A stretch of 64,000 nucleotides of DNA from Basidiobolus meristosporus CBS 931.73 (GCA_002104905.1 MCFE01000308.1:33840-97839), one strand, 5' to 3'; shown: positions 35,401 to 48,600, numbered from the stretch's first letter. The notes: a model not told the origin generated them from the sequence alone. Translations and numbers: made by a program.

Positions 35401-36955
35401 TGCTCCAAAATTAGCTGGAGGATCAATTTTAGCTGATCTTTGATCATTTTGCACAAATAATCAAAATTCATGTGTCCAAATCTCCTGTGCCAAAGCATTG
35501 GTGTTTCTTCATTTAAGTTACTTATGTTTGCTTCCAAATATGATGGAATATAAGTCAACTTGTATAGATTCTGATCACTGATACCCAAAGCAGTATGGGC
35601 ACCATTTTGATCAGTGATCTTGTAACCAGAATTGTCAAAGCTGAAATCGAGTCCTTCTGCTGTGGCCTTGCTTATAGATAGTAGGTTTTTGGCTATTTCT
35701 GGTACATAAAGTACATCTTTAAAGGTCATTGTATGGCTTCCTTCACTGCTTCTTAGGTTTACTTGGATAGTTCCTTCTCACACTGCATTGAGTGTTCTAT
35801 CATCACCCATGAAAACCTTCTTAATTGGAATTTCTTGATATTGAGTAAAAAGTTCTTTTTGGTGTGTAAAGTGTTGAGATGCTCCCAAGTCAATATACCA
35901 TGTCTGAGTATCATTGTTTGTGGTCATATTTAGTGCAGATATGAATAGTCTATCTTCAGTTGTTGCAGCATTTCCATATTCAGGCATCTTTTACTGATTA
36001 TCTCTCTTTTTGAAGCACCGGTCTGATGTGTGACCTTTCCTTTTGTAGTGGTTACAAAACAGGTTGCTGTTGCCTTTGTAGGGTCTTGGGTACCTCCTTT
36101 GTTGGTTGTCATTACGTATTAAAGCATTTTCTTCATGCTTCTTATTGGCACTTCTTAATTCTTCATACAGGAGCCTTCCATATACATTATTTAAGGTCAA
36201 ATCTTCAGTTCTGGACTCGAGGGCTGATACATTGCCCTGAAACTCATCTGTCAGGCTATTCAGGATGGTAACTATCACATCCTAATCAGTAGTTGGTATG
36301 GCCACAGATTCCATTTCATCTTCCAGCAGGGTAATTCTGTTGATTAGATTTTTCATTTCTTCTCCTGGAAGCATCTTTGTAATAAAGAATTTTGTCTCAG
36401 ATACATTTTCTTAGCAGCTGATCATGACTGGTAGGTGTCTTCTAATGCCTTCCAGGCATTCTTTGCTGTTTTTGCTCTTGAGCATTGAATTAGCAATTTG
36501 TCCTTGACATTAAGGCAAATGCAGTTAAAGGCACTTTGTTCTTTGTTCTGGTACTTTAAGGCTTCCTCTCCCATATTTTTAGGAGGGCATTCTTCTCCCA
36601 TAACAATATCCCAAAGGCCTCTTACTTGCAGCAGCATATTCATCTTCACCTTCCACACTTGGTAGTTAGATCCATCCAACTTTTCAGCAGAGGAAAAAGT
36701 TCCAGTAATGGCAGTGGTAGACATTGCAGATAGTGACAGCTTGAGGCTCATAACCTGTTGTAAGAGTTTTGGAGGTACTGGAAGTGATTGGGAGGACAAG
36801 TAGATTTTCTGGTTTTCACTTAATGATTTATTGCATGTAAAAGTAGTATTTATACTCTTACATAGTCTTGGCATGACAAATATGTAGAATAGGTTAAGAA
36901 AGGTTCCAAGAGCATGTGTGCAAAGTTTGGGGCTGTTTGGGCAACTTTGAGAATT
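32442..36955 (-). mobile_element. Near-complete but degenerate Ty1/copia element, family A (3' LTR 32442-32791; 3' half of the 5' LTR 36756-36955)
   Basis: PBS GGTTATGAGCCT, gag (36422), protease WYIDLGASQH, GAG-pre-integrase WHRRFGH, integrase FIDDYTRY / SDNGGEY / NAVAECANR, RT MDVKSAFLNG / LKQSPRAW / LYVDD, RNase H YSDADW / TEAEY / ADIFVKPL, PPT ...CAGTGGGAG. Many stops and frameshifts. Confidence 0.95.
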
Positions 36956-38045
36956 GCCAATTTTGAGAAACATGGAATTCAGCTGATACTATAATGGTAT
37001 TTTGCTGGCCTTTTCTCAATTATTTTCTTAGGGAGTTTCCAGATCACCAATACCTCTTGAATTTTTAGGCTTTGGTAAAAACACTGCAGCCTCTCCCTCC
37101 AATGCTGTGATAAGTTTTTCTGTGGGCTTTATCTTGGGGTGCTGTTCTTGTGCTGCAAGGACTGTATAGTGTTCCTCTGCTGTTACATTGGGAGATGGCT
37201 CAATTCTTGGCTGCAACATTGAGCTACTTGAGTTCTTTCTTTGCAGCAAAGATGCTGCTTTCTCAACCAGGTGTCATGATCACATGATAATCCTTGACCT
37301 CTCATGATCTGGCCAAATCATGTTTGTGAAGAGAACCCAGTGCCTTCTAGAAAATTCTACTACCTTCTATGGTAATAGAAAGTATTCCATTACTACAATA
37401 TCTCTAAACCAATATTGCACTCATTTCTTTATTTTGCTTTTTGCTATCATAACACACAAGTGAAAGATCAAGAATTTCCAACTTTGAGGAACAAATGCTC
37501 CAGACCCTGACAAGCAATCCACCTAAGAATATTGTATCATACAGAACACGTAGTAGCCAACACATATTTCAAATTACAGCTCATTTAAAGCAGTACTTAA
37601 AGAGTTATGACCAAAAGAGTCCAATTATTATATATACTATGCCTTATTGCTAGGATTACTATGGTGACTTTGATTGAGTGTAACTTTCAGACCAGCCAAT
37701 CATATCACGTGAAATTTTCACAGGTGCTGCGCCTATGTCCGATCTGCACCACTGTCAAATTTTAGCTTTGTATCATGTGCATTGCTTGCGTAATTGCCCA
37801 AAAGCTTTGATCCTTCAAAATTTTCATATATATGACTTCCCCAGCTGAAAAATAAAGGGAGAGCCTCCCTTTCCAGAATCTCCACACTACAATTACAAGT
37901 TTAAAGGTTATAAGACTTCCCCTGCATCACTTGCACTGTTGAGTATTCTGACTTTGATCAGTACTACATCAGTAAAGAGACTGCAAAGCTCACAAGAATC
38001 CAATCTAAGTTCTACAAGAAACTACCACTTTTCTGTTGGAAAAGT

Positions 38046-38255
38046 CCCCTCTAAGAAACCCCTTTACTCTAAAGACACCCCTTTAGACACCCATTTAGTC
38101 TAAACACCCCTTTAGAGACCCCTTTAAGAAACCCCTTTACTCTAAAGAAGCCCCTTTAGGCACCCCTTTAGTCTAAAGTCCACTTTAGAGACCACTACAA
38201 GAAGCCCCTTTACTCTAAAGACCCCTTTAGAGACTTCTACAACACACCCCTTTAG
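38046..38255. repeat. Minisatellite of CCCCTTTA(G/C) cores in ~69 bp higher-order units
   Basis: AAGAAACCCCTTTACTCTAAAGA recurs at ~38053, ~38118 and ~38199. Confidence 0.85.
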
Positions 38256-38697
38256 GTTAAATGGGAGTTCAGAATTTCCATTTTAGGAAATATTTTCTCA
38301 GAAAGGAAAGTGACTTCCAAATAAGGAAAAGGTACTATAAAGGTAAATAAGCTGATTAGCTGACAGAAGGTCAGAACACTGCTGTAGAAGTGATAAACAT
38401 TGCCTACAGTATATTTTGAGCCTAAGATTGCGGAAATTAGTGAAGTTATATCCTCTATTGGTATCTCAAACTCCCAATAAACTATTTCAGTATTAGCATA
38501 CTGGAAGTTGTTGTATATTGTTGATTAGCCTCTACATAGTAGAACAAGCCCCAAACTAATCATAATACAACACAACACTTCTAGCAACTTCTGGAAAGCC
38601 CCAAGTCAATGTTTCATAATAGAACATTCTATGGAAGCTTTCCTTTGATGTTTATGTAGCTCAAAGCCATACACAGTAGACTTGTTCTGTTGGAAAG

Positions 38698-39390
38698 TGC
38701 CACATTGAGCCATGGGTGCCAAATGATGCCATAGTGTGCCAGAGAGGCCAAGTGAACCTATACTTGGCCACAGACTGTGAAACATAGCTCTGCAACTTCA
38801 TGTAAAGCCACCCCTGTGTTTCACCCATTATATTGGAGAAAATCCATTATTTGATGTTTTTTTGTGGATCAATGTTGTGCAGGATTTGTAAGAGCACAAA
38901 AGGATTGAAGATATGCATCTGGTACTCAATACCCATGGTACTCTGAATCTAGCTCCTGTGGCTTATATCATGTCACAAAAATGCATGGCACTATCTTGGT
39001 CCACTGGTATTATACAGCACTATGAGTGCTTTGTATTGATCTTAATTTAGGGCTAATAATTAAATATATTGCCAGATAGTACCAGTGGACCAAGATAGTG
39101 CTATACATTTTTGTGACATGATACAAGCTACAGGAGCTAGATTCAGAGTGCCATGGGTATTGAGTACCAGATGCATATCTTCAATCCTTTTGTGCCCTTA
39201 CACATCCTATACAACATTGACCTAAAAAAAAGGTTAAAAAATGAATTTTCTCAAACACAATGGGTGAAACACAGGGGCTGCTTTGCATGAAGATGCACAG
39301 CTATGCTGCACACTCTGTGGCCAAGTATAGGCTCACTTGGCCTTCCTGGCACAATGTGGTCTCATTTGGCACTCATGGCTCAATGTGGCA
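38698..39390. repeat. Large imperfect palindrome: ~312 bp arms (38698-39009, 39080-39390) with a 70 bp spacer
   Basis: TGCCACATTGAGCCATG...CCACTGGTA pairs with TACCAGTGG...CATGGCTCAATGTGGCA. A partial arm copy lies at ~54428-54501. Confidence 0.92.
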
Positions 39391-39564
39391 ATATAATTTC
39401 TACCATTATGCCAGTGGTAGGTTATAGTTACCAGTAATTTTGCTCAATTTTACTTATGTTGCTCAGAGTAGTGCTTTCCTTGCTTTATTTACTCTTCATA
39501 ATGCTCCAGACACATTTCTCTGAGTGGATGTCTTCTTGTATGAATATACTGTGCATTGATAGGT

Positions 39565-40359
39565 AGACTTGTTCCATTGTACCATGCCAGGGCATGTGGC
39601 ACAATCCGCAGTCTTTAACAACAATTGGGCACAATATTGTAGCTACCAGTAGGCAGGATTGCTTTTGGAAGATTTTGCACCATGTGGGACAATCTCACTC
39701 ACTATGGCATAATCTGGCATGATGAGGTTGGCACAAATGATCATGCCCACTTGTAATGTTTGCATCATGTGTGCAATTGGATACTCCTATAATGGTAGGT
39801 AAAATCTGGTATTTGGATATGTTCCTTTAATGTAAATGGAAATAAATGCATATCACACTGTAAGCTACACTGATACTTACCATTTTGGCTACCATCACTC
39901 CAATTGGATGGTATCCCATTGGTCAATTGGTCCAAAAGTATCCTGAAGCTTTCAGCCCGCAATTTACTCTTTGAACAATACACAAGCTACCTGATTTGCC
40001 ATCAAGTATCCCAGTTTGCCCATTGAGCAAGTAAATCCCTGATCCTAGTGATTGGATAAGGTGTCATAGCTAGCATGCAACCAATTGTATGGGTGTGAAA
40101 ATCAAGTGGCTGTACTGGTGCCACAGATGATGTATACATATGCAGGGTGTTTATTTATAGGGGTCCTGTCTCAAACATGAGATGACCTTAAAATTGCTTA
40201 TATCAGATATTTAGTGATCACTGATTTGCAATGGCCTGATGCGGATTGCAAAAAAATGCATTGTTTGGATCATTACAAATAATAGCAATTCAATGCAATT
40301 GCATCATCTTCCCCTAGGCTTTTTTCTCACAGGGATTACTACTGTAGCATTTGGTAGTG
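39565..40359 (+). mobile_element. Right-end module of a CACTA/EnSpm element, ending in TAGTG
   Basis: Homologous to 56181-56963. Homology stops exactly at ...ATTACTAC..AGCATTT(G/A)GTAGTG in both copies, and TAGTG is the reverse complement of CACTA. Confidence 0.75.
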
Positions 40360-40539
40360 ATTCACTTTGCTCAACTAAACTACTTTCTTGTTAACTATCC
40401 TCTTGGCTACTTTTGTATTTGTAGTCAGTATTTTGCCTCCTAGTTGATGAGTGCAATACTGCAGCTTGGCCGTGCTGAATTGCTCCAGATGATGCAACTG
40501 AGCCGGCCTGCAGTGCTACGCAGGAGAGTATGTAACATC

Positions 40540-43200
40540 TTTAGGCTTGCCTCAGCATTCTGAATATGGCATGCAGAGTGATAGCTCTGACAAAGAAAGG
40601 TTCACTGATGGATCTTGAGCCTATCTTCCCTAACAACAAGCCATGTATGGGCCTGGTCTAATCCCTATATGCAATGAGACAACACCCATTGAAGCAAATG
40701 CCAAGGATACTTTATGGAGCCAAGTGAGCCCAGTAATCCATCTACTGGTGAATGATGTAATGTTGTGGCTAGAGAAGTGGCACATTTCCACTAATATTAG
40801 TAATGGGGGCTTTGAGGATGTATTGCTACTTCTTGCCAAAATCATACCTGGATGCAACTTATCATGTACATGGTACATGTGGACGACTGTCATGCAGCTG
40901 ACAACATATGATCCAGAGACTGTCCTGATTCCAGCATGTGTTAACAGTTGCATGGCATTCATATTCAAAAATGCTGCCATTGCAATGTGTCCAAATTGTC
41001 AGGAATCTACCACCATTGAGGGAAAACATTGTTCACACTCCAGATATATTCCAGTCATACCCTGTCTGAGGTAGCTGATGCAGTCCAACAAATATTGCAA
41101 AGCTATACAGTACCATACTCAGTATCAATGAAGTGCAAACATATTCATTGTATTTGATGGCAAACATTTCAAACAGCTAAGAAGCAAGCGCTACTTTGAA
41201 GGTATGTATGACCATGCCTTTGCTTTAGCACTTGATGGATTCTTATTCAACAAGTACTCCACCAGCCAATCCTGCTGGCCACTGATTCTCATCAATTTGA
41301 ATCTGCCACCCATCTTATGGTATCAGAGCAATAATTTGATGGTAGTCTCACAGGTATCTGGGCCTAAATCACTGTCCAACCTAGATAGCTACCTTTATCC
41401 ATTGCTGGATGAATTTTTGTGTGCTTCCCAGCAGGATGACAGTAAATGGCCATCATGTAAACGCACATATTATTATCTGCATTGGAGATACCCAGCCATC
41501 AGCAAGATGGCAGGTTTTTCTGGGCACAACAGATGGTATTGCTCTCAAATGTGTGAAATCTAGGGGATTTACTCCATAACTCACACAAATTATGATAACC
41601 CAAACACCAGCATGTAGAACATCATCTTTCCACAGAGAGAACATACAGTAGTCAGCATGCAATTACAGCAAAGTTGACAAGCATTAATCCATTGGCCGGA
41701 ATAACAAATCAATTGGAAAATGGAGATACCTAAGATAGAGGATATCTGTTGGAGCAAAAGCTTTCCACTGAAGGCAATGCATTTGCTTTTCAGCAATATC
41801 CCTATACCTATGACCAAGTTGTATACAGAGCATTTCAAGCTAAATGAGCCCTTCAAGATACTGGAGAAATTTGAAAGAACTTGCAAGATATTACATAATG
41901 TTTACTACCCTAAGTATTTCTCACAGGCTTATAAATAACTCACACACATTATTATTACCCAACCACCAGCACAAAGAACATCATCTTTCCACGGAGAGAG
42001 TGTACAGAAGTCAGCATGCAATTGCAGCAAATCTGGAAAGCCAAAAGCCATTGGCCAGAATATGAAATCAATTGGAAACCGGAGATACTTAAGAAAGAGG
42101 GTATCTGTTGGTGCAAAAGCTTTTCACTGGGAGCAATGCATTTGCTTTTCAACAATATACCTATACTAATGACCAAGTTGTACATGGGGCATTTCAAGCT
42201 AAATGAGCCCTTTGAGACACCCAAGAAACCTGAAAGAATTGGCAAGATATTACAGAGTATCTGCTACCCTGAGTACTTCTCCTGGGCTCCAATCAATATT
42301 CATACGCATATGCAACAATACAAATGCAAAGACTGGATGAACTAGATGTGTATTTATTCAAGTGGCATTCTGAAGCCCTTCCTACCAAAAGTAAACTGGA
42401 AGCATTGGGTGTCATATGTGGACATTGTAGGAGTATTTATCCAGAAGTGGATCACCAATGCTAACTTGACACATCTACAGCTGTTGTGTGAGGAGTTTGT
42501 TACAGGATTTGAGTGGCTATACTACAAACATAAAGATGAATACGTAGATCTCTGCTGCTACTGAATCCATTCTCTACTCCATCTTGCACAGTGTGTGGAG
42601 AATGTTGGGCCTTGCTTCACCTTTTGGGAGTTTCCTATGGAGCAGATGTGTGGGGAGATAGGAAGATGAGTCAAGTTGCAGGTACTATCATATCCTAATC
42701 TCATCAAAACTATTACCTTCAAGTCTGACATGGATGTGATGAGTTGGCACATGAAGGACAGCCAGGAAGATTTAGAAAATACGGAGGACAAATGTGCACA
42801 TGGAGACACCTACGCCTGTGGCGTTAAGAAGCTAAGCAGCCCCGCAAAGCTCACACAAATAAAAGCCAGAGCGTACCTTTAAGGGGGACTAGAATACAGC
42901 AGGAAGAAGGAATATATCGGCTAAATACTAAGAAGTTCTTTGTGGATATTCAGCAGGTATTCACAGCAGAAGTGGCAATAACCAAGCATATGTTTGCAAG
43001 ATGTATATATTACCAGCAGTACAAGGTATATGGCAACTTTGCAAGTATCACACAAAAAAGCTGCAAAGTTGAGGTGATAGAAGTATGTCAATTGCAGCAG
43101 GTGTGCATGTTTGTTGAGGTAAGTAAGCAGGAGGCCATGGTTTTTTTTGATTCAAACCATAAGTGGAATGCACAAGGTAGTGGTGGGTAAGCAAATAGAG
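40540..43200 (+). mobile_element. Degenerate CACTA/CMC-EnSpm (Tnp2 family) transposase, copy 1, with internal ~359 bp tandem duplication
   Basis: LALDGF..SCWPLILINLNLPP..SGP..LDSYLYPLLDE, GHN..C..C, MHLLFNNI, LHLAQCVENVGP..FWEFPMEQMCG. Confidence 0.88.
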
Positions 43201-43664
43201 AGGGGTGATTCTACAGTGGAACATATGAATTGCACAAGGGAAGGTAGAAAAAGGAAATACCATTTGGTAAATTGGTATGGTAGTATTATACAGAAACAGC
43301 TGTAGGCTGTCATACTGCCAATATAATGCCATCAGAGTCTTGCTGTGAGGCCATTGCAGTACCATCAAGTTTCTTGCCCTATAAGGCAATTGGATGTCTT
43401 GGCCACTGGGATCCACTTGAGATAGTTATAGAGTGCTAAAAGACCACAACAATATCATGCAAATATTGTCACAGAACTGATTAAATCTTGTCAAGTTTTA
43501 TCCCTTTATTTGGTTTTAAATTAGCAAAACACGGTAGTGATCCTGTCATAAGATCATTAGGAGGGTCACTAATTCCAAGCTGCTGGTATTATGACGGTCT
43601 CTAAAAGGGATCCTGACTGCTGATCTGGTTCAGATCCACCTGCAGGACCAAATTATACTTATAG

Positions 43665-46600
43665 GGCTATTGCAGCCAAATACAAGCTTTTTATACAACA
43701 AATGGATGTAAAAGCTGCATTTTTGAATGGAGAGCCTGATGAGGATATGTATATGGACCAGTGTGATTAGTTTTTTTGACCAAAATAACACCTATTTGGT
43801 CTGCAAGCTTAAAACATCTCCATATGGTCTTAACAAATCACCAAAAGCCTGGAATTACAAGATAGATTGTTATTTGGAATCTTTGAGTTGCAAAAGGAGT
43901 AATGCTGACTATAATATATACTATAATCCAGATAGAGCTAATCCAGTTCTATTAGCTGTATATGTGGATGATCTTATTATAGCTATTAATAACCTAGAAA
44001 CATTGAAACAGAATAAGTCCAGTCAATATCAAGAGCCAAGATATTCAACCTAGGAGAACTCAGTTACTACTTTGGGATTAAGTTCTTGATAGACAGAAGT
44101 ACCCTGACAATCACCCTTAGCCAATCCAAATATATTCAAGATATACTAAAGAAGTACCAAATGGAAGACTGTAAACCAGCAACTACCCCACTGGAAACAA
44201 ACCTTAACTTGGTCAAAACTCAACCAAATCAAGAGAGCTGGGTGCCATCTAAATGCCCTGACTTTCCTTATCAGTCCATGTCTGGCAGTCTGATGAATAT
44301 CATACTTGGAAAATATCCAGATATCTTGTATTCAGTGGGAGTTGTCAGCCAGTATAATCAGAATTATGGATCTGATCATATTGCAGCAGTTAAGCAGATT
44401 TTTAGATACCTAAAAGGAACTGCTGGTATCTGCCTGCAATACACTTACAAGGACTCACATAAGGATCTTATAGGATACTTTGATGCTGATTGAGGACAAA
44501 GCTTGGAAGAGAGAAGATCCACCACAGGATGCACCTTTCTTTACTGTCAAGGAGCAATTTCATGGAATTCAAGAGAGCAACCAACTGTAGCACTATCCAC
44601 CACAATGGTATTGAAATAATTAGGAATCCACCTAATTACTAATATATTATGAACTAGCACTAAGTTAAGTGATGTAGCTCTGATTATTAACTTAGAAATT
44701 AGTTTGTAAGATATTTGCTAATTATTAGGAATCAGAGAAGTACAGAATTTTAGGAAAATTTGAAACTTGTCCAAATGAGCTGAAACCTGGCATATGTACT
44801 CCTGAGAATCCCCTAACAGTTACCAAATAGTTACACTTATGTAGTTCTGCAATAAGTATAAATACTGTGTTGTAACTCAATAAAACAACAAGTGGATATC
44901 ATGTAAATCTTCTAATTCTCCAATTCACTTCCAATGTATCTCTCTAATATTTCAACAGGTTATGAGCCCCATGCTTACTTTATCTTGGTTTTCCACTTTG
45001 CTCTAGTGCTGTGTCTTTATTCTGGAGAAAGATTGACTGGTCTACCTGAAGTTACAAAAGACAGAAATGTACTGCTGCTGCAAAGAACTGCTAGATGGGA
45101 TATATTGTTATGGAGAGAAAGGCCTTTGTCCTTAAAAACAACACTAAGCAAAGAAAAAGGTCATATGTCAAGGAGATCATGCTGGACAAATTTCAAATTA
45201 TGGAATATGCAGAAGGATGAAGCTTTGAGAAAATGCGTAATCCCAGCAAGGAGTCCAGATCAATAAGGGGCATTTTACATGATATATATATTAATGCTAT
45301 GATCCATATTATTACCACATAATGGATCTATGTTGAAGATCCACATAAACCTGGGTTTGGATTAGACAATTTAAGTCAATGAAGTGCCCACATTGCTGCA
45401 GTGCATTTACATAAGTCTGTAGTCACCTAAAATGAAATGGTGCGCAAACACATTGATGCTGCCTGCTGCCCTAGTTTGGAGTTGGATATGCAGATGGATA
45501 TATGGATAAGCTCCCTCAAGTTCTGAGGATCAAAAAGATTTAAAATACCTATATATTTGGCCAAAGATCAGTGATCTCAGACATGTTAACTTAGGAGTGG
45601 TACACATGGTACATCAGTGGTACTATTTCCAGTGACAATGATCTTGAAGCTCTGTGAGACACTTATTAGACAAGCTACATGTCCACATTAAGTATCAGAA
45701 ACAGTGGGAGAAGATATACCCATATATGTTGAAACATGGAATTTCTACTGCCATCAGGAAAAGTGCTACCAGAGACCTTGACCAAAGTATATGCATATAG
45801 TCTCTATATACACTATAGAATATGCATGAAGTACTATTATGGAGTGTACTAGGTGCCCTATACTAGTACATATATCACATACATACAGTGATGAAGGATC
45901 ATATGTATTAACATGGATTTGATGTTAATCTTGTTATTATGATCAGATCAAGTTACTTGCAGCTCCCAGCTACGGGTCTAGCTGCAATGATATTATATGC
46001 TACCAAGATGCTGAGAAAAATGGCTTTTAAGGAAGTTTATTTGATCAAATTTGATCAAGCCTGTGAGACGTTATGCCAGATCTAAATGGATGACCAATTT
46101 GGTTGAAACATCTCAGATAAGATATGTTTTGAAGACAGGAGGTTCCTGAACACTCTGAGAGATCTAACAAACCATGAATATACTACCTACATGCTGCAAA
46201 TCTAGATCAAAAAGGAAAATTCAGCAACTGGCATTTTCAAGACCAGATATGGAACAAAAAACCTGCCGCCAATAAGTTGTCTGTTTCCAAATGGAGTTAG
46301 GTGATACCTAAGCCAGATTTGGACTATCTAGCACACTAGATATGATCCAGTAATCCTACCACACAAGGATAATGGAGTATTGTTGCTTAGGAAAGCAGCA
46401 GAACAGTCCAAGAGAAGATACATACTCAGAGGTAACATCACAATTACGGCAAACAATGAAGTCAACTTACTTGCAGTGGGAGCTAGAGAAGTGGACCAAG
46501 GGCCAACCCAAGGGTTCTAATGGGTCCAGAAGATCATGGACTTGTCTATTTGCACTGTCAATCCAGCTCTATGCTGGAAAGTTCTATTAGTAGTAATAGT

Positions 46601-48600
46601 GGCTTATCAGGGCTGTTATGGTAGATTTACGCAATTGGAAAGTGCCAGATCAGGTTGTACTGTTCAAGCGCAATAGTACATATGAGACCATATCTATCTT
46701 GTTTTGAATGAGTCCTCTATAAATAGCTGCCAATCAGGCTGTGGTATTTTTGTGATACCAAATTGAGCCTATCAAGATGCAAAGGGAAGATCTAAATACC
46801 GTAACAGTAATACCAGTCCATGAAAGTTATGCCTAGATCAGAAGGATATATATGATCTAGCTCAGTCAGTTTTAGAAGGCAGGAAGCACCACAAGATGTA
46901 GCTTCAGTGGGAGTACAATATCCCAGATCAGGAATGAAGAAAAGCTAGGCTAGATACCATTGAAAGCACTAGTCCGGAAGAGGAAATACTTGGTCAACCG
47001 GTGAAGAATAAGGCAACTACAATGCTGACCAATTGTTGGTCTCAGTAGATCATATATGGAGTATTTGAGGAAGTTTTTATCCAGATCCAGTTTTGGATAT
47101 ATGGAGGATGTCTAAGTGAGTTAGACTATATACCAAAACTGTGGATGATCCAGATCTACTGGAGAGAAGACCACATCCAACTTTGCCAAGTATTGACCAG
47201 TTTACTCAAATAAGCAACAGCAGATAGCCTGAAAACACAGCTATCTGATGATACAAACTATGCCAGGATCTGAGCAGTATCTGAAGCGCTTTACTTTGAT
47301 CAAATGGATGATACTCATTCATAGATATTTGCAATGAGATCAGAGTTCAGACTCAAAGCAATTTGATCTAAAGTATGTAATTAACAGTATGGACTTGTAC
47401 TTAGTTATTACAGATTATAAGCAACCCTTAACATATATTGGAGAATACATTAGTTCAATAGGTTAAATGGTTAATTGCAGGTTTAATTTCAACCAGAAGA
47501 TACACTACATCAAAGCAGGTTCATAAGTATATGAATATATTATATGAGTGGGAGTGTTGAAATAATTAGGAATCCACCTAATTAATAATATATTATGAAC
47601 TAGCACTAAGTTAAGTGATGTAGTTCAGATTATTAACTTAGAAATTAGTTTGTAAGTTATATGCTAATTATTAGGAATCAGAGAAGTACAGAATTTTAGG
47701 AAGGTTTGAAACTTGTCCAGATGAGCTGAAACTTGGCATATGTACTCCTGAGAGTCCCCTAACAGTTACCAAATAGTTACACTTATGTAGTTCTGCAATA
47801 AGTATAAATACTATGTTGTAACTCAATAAAACAACATGTGAATATCATGTAAATCTTCCAATTCTCCAATTCACTTCTAATATCTCTTGCTAAAATTTCA
47901 ACAAAAGGCAGAGTATATGGCAGCCTGTGAAGCTACAGAAGAGGAAATGCGGTTAAGAAAGCTTTTTACAGATTAAGGCCTATGCCAAAAAACACCTATT
48001 ACTTTATTTCAAGATAATCATGGATGTATACAATTAGGTAGAGATCCAACATTTCATGCCAGAACTAGCCACATAGATATTAGACATCATTTCATATGTG
48101 AAGCTATGGAGAATAAGTTAGTGAGTGTAGCTTACTGTCCTTCAGATGAAATGACTGCAGACATACTTACCAAACCATTAGCTAGAGAAAAGTTTGAATA
48201 TATCAGGTCAAAATTGGAACCAGCCAGTATGAACATTTAGCTGAGTGTAAGTGTTGTAAAAATTTGTAATTCCACCTAAATATTCACCTAACTTGGTCAC
48301 TGAGATCATTACCATCAAATCTCAGGGAATACTGACCAAATTTCTTGTTGGCATTCACTTAGAATACTTTCACCAAAATATCAGGTACCCAGAACATGAA
48401 ATTGTCATAGTTGTCCAAGCATCCCCAAACTTTGCAAACATGTTCTTGGGACCTTCCTTGACCTATTATACTTGTTTGTTATGCCATGTCCATGTAGAAG
48501 TATAAATACTACTTTTACATTCAATAAATTATTAAGGGGAAAACAACATAATCTATCTGCTCTCCCAATCACTTCCAATGTCCACAAGACTCTTACAACA
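43665..48600 (+). mobile_element. 3' part of a family A copia (RT, RNase H, PPT, 3' LTR 48252-48600), interrupted by the family B element
   Basis: QMDVKAAFLNG, VYVDD, KYQMEDCKP. RNase H breaks at PTVALSTT (44608) and resumes at [10 protein letters not shown] (47904). Confidence 0.9.
44609..47903 (+). mobile_element. Family B LTR element (LTRs 44609-44957 and 47555-47903, 349 bp each), apparently non-autonomous or heavily decayed
   Basis: Paired LTRs, PBS GGTTATGAGCCCC at 44958, PPT TGAGTGGGAG before 47555, TSD AATGG/AAAGG (4 of 5 match). No pol motif recognised internally. Confidence 0.88.

Noticed and set aside
38193-38203. CACTACAAGAA, resembling the maize En/Spm TIR
   Set aside because: It is a variant unit inside the minisatellite and does not match the reverse complement of the local right ends (CACTACCAAATGC).
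43535-43539. TAGTG after transposase copy 1 as a possible CACTA right end
   Set aside because: The adjacent bases match the other two termini only weakly, and a 5-mer is expected by chance.
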